Of a DNA stretch of 64,000 bases, positions 36,337-47,678 are shown piece after piece. Below the pieces are notes generated by a model. It was given only the letters and a program-made list of their open reading frames with translations. It had not been told where the DNA came from and ran no database searches. A program made the position numbers and the translations under genes. Source of the DNA: Diplonema japonicum (Eukaryota > Protista > Euglenozoa: Diplonemea); NCBI GenBank assembly GCA_964019335.1, contig OZ025678.1:62001-126000 (forward strand), in the 5' to 3' direction. Every line of letters starts with the position of its first letter. The stretch's first letter is position 1.

Positions 36337-36972
36337 ATGCTCCAGCCCGGTGATGTTGTTGAAATAAAAGGCCTCAAAACCCGCCCTGAGCTGAACGGGA
36401 AGAAAGGGACCGTGGTCACGAAAGGAGAAGGAGGAAGTGAAACGAGATGGGGCATAGAAATCGACGAATCCACAAAGGTCAAGGTAAAAAGAGAGAATCT
36501 AATGACAGCCGGCGAGTGGCTGACAACACAGCGCGAGCTTTGGGAAGCCGTTGACACCGACAACCTGGAAAAGGTGAAGGAGCTCCTGCAGCAGGGAGGG
36601 TGCCCCATGAGCGTGAATCAGATGAAACGGACGTCGTTGCACAGAGCAGCAGCCTTGTGCGACCCTTCGGCCATGCTGCCGCTCCTTCTCTCCACCCGCA
36701 GTGCCGACCCCAACGTTGCTGATATTTCAGGAATAACACCGTTACACATAGCCGCTGCGTCATCGCTTTCGGCAACCAGTATACTTCTCTCCGCGCAAGC
36801 ATCCCAGACGCCTTCACACTCTTCCCGCACGCCCTTGCACCATGCCGCACTGTCCCCTGCCCTCACCCCTAGAACCCGAACGAACATTTACAACACTCTT
36901 GTTGCCGCTGGCGGGGACGAAACATGCAAAGATGAAGATGGAGTATCACCCGCCGAAATCTTTCACAAATAA
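36337..36972 (+). CDS. Ankyrin-repeat protein with N-terminal SH3/KOW-like module
   Basis: VEIKGLKTRPELNGKKGTV; ankyrins TSLHRAA, GITPLHIAA, RTPLHHAA. Confidence 0.85.
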   Translation: MLQPGDVVEIKGLKTRPELNGKKGTVVTKGEGGSETRWGIEIDESTKVKVKRENLMTAGEWLTTQRELWEAVDTDNLEKVKELLQQGGCPMSVNQMKRTSLHRAAALCDPSAMLPLLLSTRSADPNVADISGITPLHIAAASSLSATSILLSAQASQTPSHSSRTPLHHAALSPALTPRTRTNIYNTLVAAGGDETCKDEDGVSPAEIFHK

Positions 36973-37069
36973 TTTAAAAAAAACTGATAGGTGTTTATTT
37001 GTTTACTTTTGCAAACCCGGTCGTTTTTTAAGTAAAACAAACTAAAGGAGGGGAGGGGAGGGCATATAA

Positions 37070-38451
37070 ATGCGGGTCTTAGATTACGTCGTTCCGATAC
37101 TGAGCGTGCTGCCCGAAATCGAGAAGCCTCGGAGGAAGCAAGATGTGACAGACAAGCTCATCTGGACGGGCATGGCGCTCTTTATTTTTCTGATATGTTC
37201 GCAGCTTCCCGTGTACGGGATACGACCGAAGGAGGGCTCCGACCCTCTGCACTTCATGCGAATGGTACTCGCCTCCAACAAGGGAACCCTCATGGAGCTG
37301 GGAATCTCACCTATTGTAACTGCATCGCTCGTGATGCAGTTTCTACAAGGAGCCAGACTAATTTCATACAATGAAAACAGCAGCAGGGATAGAAAGGTGT
37401 TCAGCGGCGCACAAAAGGCATTCGGTCTCATCATCACCGTTGTAGAAGCCGTAGCGTATGTATTTAGCGGTGCCTATGGCGATGTAAGGGACATTGGGTC
37501 CTTTTCTTGTGTGTTGATTGTGACACAGTTGGTCATAGCAGGTGTGATCTGCCTCCTCCTTGACGAGATGCTGCAGAAAGGCTATGGTTTCGGGAACGGG
37601 ATCTCCCTGTTCATCAGCACAAACATCTGCGAGGCTATATTCTGGAAAGCGTTCTCCCCGTTCATGGTGAACACGGGACGGGGGCAGGAGTTCGAGGGTG
37701 CGATTGTCTCCCTCTTCCACCAGCTTGTGCAGAGCACGAACAAGGTGAAGGCTCTGAAGGACGCGTTTTACCGCCCGCACCTCCCGAACGTGATGTCCCT
37801 TCTGTCCACCGGTGTCGTGTTTCTCATTGTGATCTACACGCAAGGCTTTGCTGTGAACATCGGCCTGCAACACGAAGCTACCCGGCAGATGGTCCCCCAG
37901 AAGATCAAACTCTTCTACACATCAAACATGCCTATAGTCCTGCAAACTGCGTTGATATCGAACTTGTACTTCATAAGCTCCATGCTTCACAAGAAGTTCG
38001 CTGACAGTCCGATTGTTGGGTTGCTTGGGACGTGGGGTCCGAGCCATAGTGGGGCAGGGCCTGCGGTGCCGTTGTCGGGGTTGGTATATTACGTGTCCCC
38101 CCCTCAGGGCTTTGCTGATGCTGTGTCGGATCCTGTGCACGCTGTGTTTTATGTGGTGTTTATGGTGTTTGGGTGCGCGTTCTTTTCGAAGTCGTGGGTG
38201 GCAGTCAGCAACCAGACGAGCAAAGAGCTTGCGCAGGAATGGCACCGCAACGGGCTGATCCTCCCGGGGAGGAAGTCGCGCGACAATCTACAACAGGTTG
38301 TGGAGAGATACGTCCCTACCGCTGCCGCGCTGGGTGGGATTTGTATCGGCCTCCTCACCATTCTTGCCGACCTGCTCGGCGCCGTTGGGAGTGGTACCGG
38401 GGTTTTGCTTGCGGTTACTTTTATTTATTCGTATGTTTGGAATATGAACGG

Positions 38452-38483
<32 letters not shown>

Positions 38484-38545
38484 ACAGATACTACGAGCAA
38501 CTCGAGCAGGAGAAATACCTTCCTACCTTCCTTTCTAAGAAATAA
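37070..38545 (+). CDS. SEC61A: Sec61 alpha subunit; in-frame intron 38431-38487
   Basis: ASNKGTLMELGISPIVT, LLDEMLQKGYG, IKLFYTSNMP, GSGTGVLLAV; intron removal restores IYSYYE. Confidence 0.96.
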
Positions 38546-38871
38546 AAAATTTAACACGGAGGTGGGGGGGGGGGGGGGGGGGGGGGTAGTGTTTAGCTGA
38601 ACCGAACAGGGATATTTAAAAAAAAGATGATTCGAGAATTATTTTTTGCCCCCCCCTCTATTACGTTCACGCAGTGTGGTTTTTTTTTCTCTCCCTTTTT
38701 TTTCTTCGAGTTAAAAAAAACTTTTATAAATGAATAACAACAAAATAACCCCCCCCCCCTTTATTCCTTTTAAAACCCCCCCTTTATTGTCTTTCCTCAT
38801 TTTCCCCGGCAAGAAAAAAAAAAGTAAAGTGAGCGGGGCAGCGGGGGCTCGGAGAAAACCAAAAAAAAAAA

Positions 38872-40661
38872 ATGTCTGAAGACCCGACTCAGTGCTTGAG
38901 TCCTAGGAGCAAAGAATATGCCGATAAAACCCAAAAATGTTTGGAGCTGCACTTGAGCGATATGAAGATGGAAGCAGGAAAGAGACTACTAAAAATGTCA
39001 AAGAAAGAAGATAAGCTCTCCTTGGAGTACCGGGTCATCAGATGGATATTCCACGCAACGGTGGACATCTTCTACCACTACACGGAAGTAGCAGGCGCAG
39101 AGAACATCCCACCACCGGGAAACGCAGCCATTCTATGCCCGAACCACGGAAACTCCCTTACAGACGCTGTTGTATGTGTGTCACAAACCCCACGAATGGT
39201 TCGCCTCACCGCGAAAGATACGCTTTTCAAGGTTCCCTTTTTCGGGTTGTTTGTCCGAAATGTAGGGACTATACCGTTGCAGCGAAAGGACGAGCATACG
39301 GAAGGTGTTGACAACAAGCAAGCTGTGTCGCAGCTCAACCAGGAACTTCTTAAAGGGTCTCTTGTTTGTTTGTTTCCAGAAGGACGTTCTCGGTTTCATT
39401 GGAAGGTTGATTCACCTCAACGTGGGGTGTCGTCCATAGCCTACAACTGTCTGAGCACCGCGAAGGAACAAGGTGACAATGACTACACACTGTCTCTATG
39501 CCCGACTGCTTTCAACTACCTGCACAGAGAAAAATTCCGGTCAGGCCTTGTTGTGGAGTACGGGCCTCCCTTGGTGCTAACACCAAACGACGACATCATG
39601 AAGCTCGACAGGCAAGATGCGATCGCCAAAATCTCCGAACAAGTCCACGAGCTCATGTCGCTGACGGCGTTCAACGCGGAAGATTGGAACACGCTCCGCA
39701 TCGCACACACTGCCAGAAACATCTTCGCCCCGTTGGGCACCAGAATGACCATTGTCGAGTTCGTCCGATTGACGAAATACTGGGGAAACGCTCTTTCCGT
39801 TAACGACAAGAACGACCCCAACCTGCGGGAGGATCTCACGTCTTATCAAGAAAAACTTGAAAAGATTGGTCTTAAAGACACACGTGTTTCAAGAACCCGT
39901 GGGTCAACACCATACCTCTTGTGGTGTGTGCTTTTGAGAATGATACAGTGCAGTGTGATCCTAGTCCCTGCGCTCTTGGGTGCTGTGCTGTGGGCGCCAA
40001 TTTTTTACGTCACAAAACGGCATGAGAAAATCGTGATGAAGCGAACAAAGAAGCCCACGCATGTGGACGAGGTCGCTCAGTACAAAATGATGTATGGGAC
40101 GGTCCTGCTGCCGACCACAGTGGTTACGGTGTGTATGTTGCTGTTGTTTGCAAACGGATGGCCTTTCTACTACCTGTTGGTGCTGTTGCCTTTGGTTGCC
40201 TTCTACATGTGGATGAGCATTAGAATTATAGAAGATGGCATCGCGTCATTGCGTAGTCTTGTGTCCTTGAAAACACTCCTCTTGATTTCTAAAGAAGAAT
40301 TGGACGAGCTTGTAAAGTATGTGTTGTGGGTTGGGGAACAAAAAAAAAAAAAAAAAAGGATGCGTGCGGATCTTGTTCCTCGTGTTCACAAGAGGGCCAC
40401 GTTGTGTGGGAATTTGAAGCCTCCTGTGGTCCCCTCCGAGAAGAGGGGCTTTTGGTTTGAGTTTATTTCAAAGTTTGACCTTAAGAGGAGGAGGAAGAAG
40501 GATTGGAACGAAGTGCTAAGGTTTGTTTTAAAAAAGATTTAAAAAAAAAAAAAAAAAGGCTTCATGAAGTGCTCCCTGTGGACTACGCGGCCATACAGAG
40601 AGAGCGCTCTGCATCTCTTGGTAAATCGGTGAACAAGGATGATGATAAGAAGACAAACTAA
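38872..40661 (+). CDS. PlsC-family glycerolipid acyltransferase (GPAT-like); introns 40317-40358, 40521-40558
   Basis: NHGNSLTD, TAKDTLF, LFPEGRS blocks; C-terminal TMs; RRRKKDWNEVLR|LHE. Confidence 0.87.
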
Positions 40662-42045
40662 AAAAAATGAGCCCCCTTTTTTTTCTTTCTTTTTTTTTTA
40701 GTGGGTTTTTGCTAAACACATATATATTTTTTTTTTCTTTCTTTCTTTCTTTTTTTTTTTTTCTTTTTTTTTTTTTTGATTCACAACACATTTGTTTATT
40801 TCGTAGTTTTTTTTTTTATTTCTTTCTTCATTTTCCCCTTGGATTTAAGGTTTTTTCTTTTCTTTTTTTGCTCCATCTGTAATCCCATCACCCTCGCAAG
40901 ATGGCCCTTGGTTCCCCCCGCAGGGTCACCTCTTGGTGAGCACAGGTGGGCAAGAAAAACAAAAAGAAAAAAAAAAGCAAAGGTCTCGCACGTTGTGACT
41001 GCAGCAGTGTTATCAGTCTGGTTCTTTCTTCTTTTTCCCCCCGTTCTCCAGGAGGGGAAAGGGGGGGGGGGGGCATTTTTCATTGCGCTGTTTTCATTTC
41101 CCCCCCCCTCTTTTAATTCTTATGGTCTAGCCAAAGAAGGGACATTTAAAAAAAAGAAGGGGGGGGGGAAAGAAGCAACCGTCTCTTCCTCTTCTCATAT
41201 TTAATTCTTTTCTCACTCACTATTTCTCTCTCGTTTTGTTTTGAAAGGTTCTCCCCCCCCCCCCCCCCCCCCCCACCCAAGTAGTAAGGCCTTTGTTTTT
41301 TGTATTCTTTTCAGCCTTTTCCAAAAAAAAAAAAAAAAACAAGAGGGAAAATCAAACCGAGGAGAAAGAAAAAAATTTATTTATCGTAGAGTGGAGATTG
41401 TCGTGTTTTCTTTTCTTTTTTTTTTCTTTTCTTTTTTTTTTCTTTTTTTTTTTCTTGCTTTCTTTTTTTTTCTCTTTTTTTTTCTGTCCTTTCCCTCCCT
41501 TGTTGGGGTGTTGTGAGAATTTAAAAAAAAAAAAAAAAATGACTACTGCAAAGCGAAAAATACCGGAAGAGAAAAATGCCCGGATATTTTTCTCCAGCAT
41601 TTTCGGCTTGGGGGGAGGGGGCCCTGGCGTATTCCCCAATCTTCATCTTGGCTTCCTTTGGGACTGCAGGGCCTTTCTGGGGGCATCTCGCTTCGTGCAA
41701 GGAAATATCTTGCAATTCTTGGGGCAACTAGTGGTGTCGACAGCGGCCAATGAGTCTTCACGAACCACTTGCTCAGGGTACTTGCTTCGATTTGGAGGAG
41801 AAAGGGCATTAGAAACAAAAGAAATATCGTCCCCCACAGCATCACGGCGGCTAAGGTTACTTTGCTGGGGAGGGGGCACAACAGGTCCCGTGTATAGTTT
41901 CTTCTGTTCCCCATGCCCCTAGGCGGAGGCCCTTCTTGGATTTAGACTGTCAAAACAAATTCGGCGATTTTGCGGAAGTAAATTGGGAGAAAAAAAAAAA
42001 GGAAAAAAAAAAAGAAAAAACAGGGGGATAAAAAACGGGGGTAAA

Positions 42046-42801
42046 ATGTCAGTTCAAGCCAAAGTAAAGACTTGGAACAGGGGTTATGGATTTGCAGAGG
42101 CGGAAACAGGTGAAGTCGTCCACGTGCACGGCTCCGAGATTCCTGAAATGAGGATGAAGGTGGGAGAAGTTATATTTTGCGATTTAATCCCCGTAGAGGG
42201 TCATGGGGGGAGGGTCAAGGGGACAAATGTCAGCGGCCCCGGGATAGTCCCCAAGGAAGACCTTCCCAGTGCGGAAGAGCGTGCTCAGGAAAGGCAAGAA
42301 TGGGCTCGGTTCAAGGAGGAAAAAATCGCCGTGGAAGGGGCCCCTCCTCCAAGGACAAAAACCCAAATTTCCCGCCCAGCGAGAGTTGCCGGAAAAGGCG
42401 GCAAAGGTGGCAAGGGTTCAAAAGCCAGGGGTGTTTCTAACTCCCAAGAAACCCGGATAGACCCGGCCGATGGCAGGTCTTACACTAAACAAGATTTCAT
42501 TCAATGTTACAAAGGCACCAGGCAATGGGATGATGCTGCCCCCAAAAGACCCGTCTCAACAGGCAGGGGCGCAGGCAGAGGCGCAGGAAGGGGTGCACCT
42601 GTACTCCCTGAGACCCGTATTGATCCTGCCGACGGGGGTTCGTATACCAAAGAAAACTTCTTCTCCTGCTACAGAGGTTACAAGGAATGGGATAAGGCTG
42701 CTCCTTACACCGCGCATGGCCGCGGAAGGGGTGGTGGTGGCGAGGGTGGTAAGGGTGGTAAGAAAGGCAAGGGAAAAGCAGCAAGGGGTGTAAGGAGATG
42801 A
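42046..42801 (+). CDS. Cold-shock-domain/RGG protein, paralog 1, with two RIDPxDG..YTK..F..CY.G..EWD repeats
   Basis: VKTWNRGYGF...VHVH (RNP1/RNP2-like); GRG/GKGG repeats. Confidence 0.85.
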   Translation: MSVQAKVKTWNRGYGFAEAETGEVVHVHGSEIPEMRMKVGEVIFCDLIPVEGHGGRVKGTNVSGPGIVPKEDLPSAEERAQERQEWARFKEEKIAVEGAPPPRTKTQISRPARVAGKGGKGGKGSKARGVSNSQETRIDPADGRSYTKQDFIQCYKGTRQWDDAAPKRPVSTGRGAGRGAGRGAPVLPETRIDPADGGSYTKENFFSCYRGYKEWDKAAPYTAHGRGRGGGGEGGKGGKKGKGKAARGVRR

Positions 42802-43182
42802 GCGAACGAAAAAAAAAAGAAAGAAAAAAGAGAAAAAAAGAGAAAAAAAAAGTGTTGTACTCAATAACCGGTTATTTACAGGAAAAGAGTGTTTTTTTTT
42901 GATCCCCCTTTTTAAAAAAAAAAGAAAAAAAAAGAAAATGAAAAAAGAAAAAAAAAAATGGTGGTGGGGATAACATGAAAATATAAGAAAAGCATCAGAT
43001 GCTGTTGTTCGCTGTTGACCTCCTCGTCGGTCATCACCGGTAGCACCCGAGTGGAAGAACGTAACGCAGATGCTCAGGGTGACGAACAGGCAGCAAACTG
43101 CACGAGCGCAGAATCTTGGTTACCCGGGACGCCCCTGCTGGGGTTGAGCTGTACACGCAAACCCGCAAACCCGTATATATAT

Positions 43183-44671
43183 AAAGGGGGGGCCTGAATA
43201 ATTCCCTCCCAAATAATGTGTTTTTTCCCAAATAATTCTTTTTTTTTTTGGGGATTTTTCCACTCCAAATTTCCCAAATAATTCCCAACCCCCTTTCTTT
43301 TTTTTTTTTGGGGACCAGGGTGGGGGGGTCACATGGTAGTCATGCAATGGGCTTTTCTCAGTTATGCCTGTGCAGGGTACTAGCCTACCTAACCCATTAT
43401 GACACCCCTTTTTTGACCAAAAAGTCGATTTTCACCTGGTTTTGGGCACTTATGAGCAATTCCTTTGCATTTTGAACAGGGACCACAGGGTTTGGCACCT
43501 GGGTTATTGTGGGGGACTATTTTTCTTAATGCAAGAAGCTAACTGGTTTGTGATGAACGGTTCAAAATTTCACAGAACCACTTAGTTCAAAGGCGCTTGT
43601 GGGTGGCCTGGGTGCTTCTGCATTGCCAGAAGGGCATGTGCATTCATGTGTTGACAACTTATCCAGTATTTGCTTTGTTTCATGGCCCACAATGTCAATA
43701 TTCCATTCCTGAGCAAGATCCCAAAGTTGTGTCGTAGCCCACTGGCAGTATTGTGAGGCTGCTTACACAAGTAAGAGTGCTGGCCCAGTGAGCCATAGAA
43801 GATGAGAAATATTATAATATTATAGTGTGACATGATCAGACTGGAACGGCCACCCTGGGGCATCCTCTGCTCAACCCAGCAGACGTGGGAGGCCCTTCTT
43901 CAGAAGGTGCCAGTTGCTTGATCAGTGCCATCATGCACGCTATATTTTATTAGTACAAATATAACAATCGATTGAAAAGGAAAAGTCTGTATTGTAAGGC
44001 TGCTTCTCACCATTTTGAGGGGTTAAGGGGGGCTGTGGCATGCCCCAAGCAGCCGAGGTGGGACGTTGATGACTGCAGCAGAGTGCCGAGTCAACGTGGC
44101 ACTGTGGATAGGGCAAGCACATGAGAAAGGTCATGCAACTGCTCAACACCTTTAGCTATATGCAATCTCACGGCTACCTTCCAGGTAGTTCTGAGGAGGC
44201 CATACAGCTAAGGGCACTTAGCAAAGTTTAGACAGTGCAGCACAGAATGTTGTTGCAGGTGTTACAATGGACACTACACCTGATGAGACTCCAGCAGCCT
44301 CCCAAGCCCTTGCAGCTTCTCAAGCCCTGACAGTTTCTCAAGCCTCTCAGACCCCAGCAACCTCCCAGCAACCACCTAATGCCAAAACCAGGCAGTTTGT
44401 CTGCAACGTTTGTGGGTTCTCCACAGCCTGGGAGAAAAACTGTTAAAATTTCCCTTGGAAAAAAAAAGGGCATGAAAAAAGTCTTGGCACGATTTGGCAT
44501 GTTAAGATTTCCAAAGTGCTCTAAGCCCTGCTCCCTGCTTTCCATGTGGCAGGCCCCCCAGCCCAAATAAATACAACCCAAATAAGTGTATTCCAAATAA
44601 TTCTTTTTTTTTGGAGCCCTAACACCCCCCCTCCACTGCCCAAATAAAGGGATTATTCAGGGGGCCCCTTT
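43183..44671. mobile_element. Degenerate DNA transposon with imperfect ~24-bp TIRs in a TA-rich site
   Basis: Left AAAGGGGGGGCCTGAATAATTCCCT vs right reverse complement AAAGGGGCCCCCTGAATAATCCCT; repeated CCAAATAA near both ends; broken + strand ORF remnants (CQKGMCIHVL, FVCNVCGFST). Confidence 0.7.
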
Positions 44672-44791
44672 ATATATTTATATATTTTTTTTTTAAAGAG
44701 TCGGCTGATTGTTGTATGTGCACAGCTGGGGTTAACCTGTAGAAAGATAAGCCCAAACAATGCCTACCACCACTCTTTTTTTTTTTCTTTT

Positions 44792-45565
44792 CAAGGGTAA
44801 CGTGCAACCTATGGGGCCCGTGGACGCTCTCCTACCGCAGTGAGCACAGTCCTCTTGAAGGGGCACACCAACGATCCCCTCTCCTATGTGATATACCACT
44901 CCCTGAAGGTAGTGTCCGGAGCGCTCGACGACTACGAGAGATGCATGCGGATCGCTGCGGGGTACGGCACGGGGTCCACCCCGATGGGACCAGTAGGCAA
45001 CCTGGTCTGTCGGTGGCTCCCCTATATAGGATGGAGCTGGGCGCAATTGCTAGACTGTGGGAACAAACCCTGGGCCGAACGCGGACACGTCTTTAGGGAC
45101 GCGGTGAGGAAAGCCCGGAGCAGGTCGCTGGCGAACGAGAGGAACACAGCCTGTAGAACTGGCCATTGACTTCGAATGGACGACCGGAAAGTCTTTGGGA
45201 GGACTGCTGGAAGATAGGGCGCGCAGAATCAAAGCTCTCATCGTAAAGATAAATAAACACAGCATGCAGGGCACGGAAGAAGCGACGCCCCTTCCCAGCG
45301 GACGAGAGAAAAAGAGTGAAGTCCCTCATCGCCATTGGAGGAAAGGCGGCTATTGGTTTCTCCAGGAGGCCTCCACGCACGACAAGCTAATGGAATTGAA
45401 AGCCGACTACAAGCGGGACCGCATCACACGACTCCGCAAGACGCTCACGACTTCAATCGGGATGAAAGCAATGCTCCAGAAGGGGAGTATTAACAGATAG
45501 ACCCCCCCCTCCCATAGGGCGGCCCTCTAGCGGGGGGCTTGTCCTGTACTTTGAGTTTTTTTTTT
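44792..45565 (+). mobile_element. LINE-like retroelement (copy 2), 5'-truncated and apparently internally deleted; left boundary approximate
   Basis: 45156-45565 matches 30565-30987 except a 4-nt insertion, a 16-nt deletion and a few substitutions; upstream part encodes different coding-like sequence (VLLKGHTNDP...GHVFRDAVR). Confidence 0.78.
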
Positions 45566-45659
45566 AGCAATAACGATTTCATTATCAATATATTGTTTTT
45601 CTTGGGTTATCCCGGGAGGGGAAAAAAAAAAACCAAAAAAAAAAAGGGGGGAAACAAAA

Positions 45660-46412
45660 ATGTCAGTCCAAGCTGAAGTAAAAAGATGGATCCGGAGCCA
45701 TGGCTTCGCAGAAGCGGAGACCGGTGAAATAGTATATGTGCACGTCTCTTCCATCCCAGGGATGAGATTGAAGGTCGGCGAAACCATCTTCTGCGACTTG
45801 ATACCTGTGGAGGGGCACAGCGGAAGGGTAAAAGGTGACAATGTAAGCGGCCCTGGTGTAGTCCCCGCAACCGAGCGACCGGAAAGAGAGGAAATGATGA
45901 AGGAACGAGACGAATGGAACCGATTTAAAATGGAGAAAATTGCGGTAGGAGGTGCACCCCCTCCAAGGAGACCACCGCGAATCGCCGGAAAAGGAGGAAA
46001 AGGTTCAAGACACCCCCCTGAAAGATCCCTCCCCTCAGCGCGACGTGACCCGTATGACGATTTCCCGCTAAGGGGACAAGGTGCACTTCCTCTGATATCT
46101 GCTCGACAGAGCAGCAGCAGAAGCACAGAATCAACCCGTATAGACCCTGCTGATGGGTGTGCTTATACTAAGGAAGAGTTCAGAATGTGCTACAAGGGTT
46201 ACAAAGAATGGGATGATGCTGCTCCTAAACCCACCTCCTCGCGTGGTAGGGGCTCCTCTTCCCGGCCACTGTCGCCTGAGAAGCGTATCGACCCTGCAGA
46301 CGGCTGTTTTTACACAAAAGACAACTTCTTCTCTTGCTACGGAGGTTACAAGGAATGGGACAAGGCCGCCCCCAGTTCAGGCTCAGGAAGGGGAAGAGGT
46401 GCAAGGAGATAA
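45660..46412 (+). CDS. Cold-shock-domain/RGG protein, paralog 2, two repeats
   Basis: Clear paralog of the 42046 gene (GFAEAETGE...IFCDLIPVEGH). Confidence 0.85.
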   Translation: MSVQAEVKRWIRSHGFAEAETGEIVYVHVSSIPGMRLKVGETIFCDLIPVEGHSGRVKGDNVSGPGVVPATERPEREEMMKERDEWNRFKMEKIAVGGAPPPRRPPRIAGKGGKGSRHPPERSLPSARRDPYDDFPLRGQGALPLISARQSSSRSTESTRIDPADGCAYTKEEFRMCYKGYKEWDDAAPKPTSSRGRGSSSRPLSPEKRIDPADGCFYTKDNFFSCYGGYKEWDKAAPSSGSGRGRGARR

Positions 46413-46524
46413 AATTTATTAGGGGGAATGAAGGGGGGAAAAAAAAATTCCCGCTAAAGTGAGATTTATTATTATTATTTTTCTTTTTAGAAAAGGGGAT
46501 ACCGGGGTCTTGCATACCAAGTGT

Positions 46525-46565
<41 letters not shown>

Positions 46566-46577
46566 CTCCTCTCTTTT

Positions 46578-46613
46578 GGCGATCCTGTCACATACTGCAG
46601 GTTCCGTCCACAA

Positions 46614-46644
<31 letters not shown>

Positions 46645-47364
46645 GTCTCGTTTTCTCCATTTTGAACACCCCCACAGATAACAATGACAACTTGCACCGT
46701 AAAGACATGGATGAAAACCTACGGCTTCGCCGAGGCGGCGTCAGGCGAGGTTGTTTACGTCCACAGGACGAACCTTCCTGAGGGCATGCGTCTCAAGGTG
46801 GGCGGAAAAATCACCTGCACGATGGTTACTATTGACGGGCATTCTGGAAGAGTGAAGTGCGAAGATGTGAAGGGTGACGCTGTGGTCCCGATCAGCGAGA
46901 AGCCCACGAAGGAGGAACTGAAGGCCGAGCGGGAAGACTGGTCAAACTTCAAGAAAGAAAAAATCGCTGTTGAGGGAGCAGACCCCCCCAAGAAGAGGAC
47001 GAAAAATGTTGAAAAGAAAATCCCCAAAACCTCTATTTCCCGAGGTGGGCGCGGAATGGGCGGCGGTGGCGGCGGCTTCAATGGAAGGGGGGGCCGTGGG
47101 GTGGCAAGAAACCAAGGTAGGTTCGCTGGTGCCGGTCCTCTACCTATCATCTCTGCAAGAACTACTACGGAGCTCAGAATCGATTCTTCCGATGGCCAAG
47201 CCTACCCTAAGTCCAGCTTCAAACAGGTGTACGGTGGTTATGCCGAGTGGGACAGAGCCCTTCCTTTGGGCAGAGGCAGGGGTCTTGCCACTAGGGGTGG
47301 AAGGGGCCGTTACTAGGAAAAAAAAAAAAAAAGAGAACAGGGAGGCCTAGTGTTTGTGGGGAAG

Positions 47365-47399
<35 letters not shown>

Positions 47400-47637
47400 C
47401 TTAAATTCATCTTGTAAGTGTGAAGGTTAAAACGAGAATAAGGGGGGGGGTGTCTTTTTTAATAACAACAAAAAAAACCAGCAAGGATGCAAAAAAAAAA
47501 AACTTTTTTTTTCAAGAGTGGGGTTTTTTTTTTTTTTTTTTCTTTTTTTTTTTCATCCACAATCCCCTTTTTCATGCCCCAGCACGTGTTTTTTTTTTTT
47601 CAGGCGTCCTGTCACATACCGCAGGACCCTTAAATGT

Positions 47638-47678
<41 letters not shown>

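Noticed and set aside
41540-41980. Complex-sequence island with short minus-strand ORFs
   Set aside because: No motif, TIR pair or second copy found
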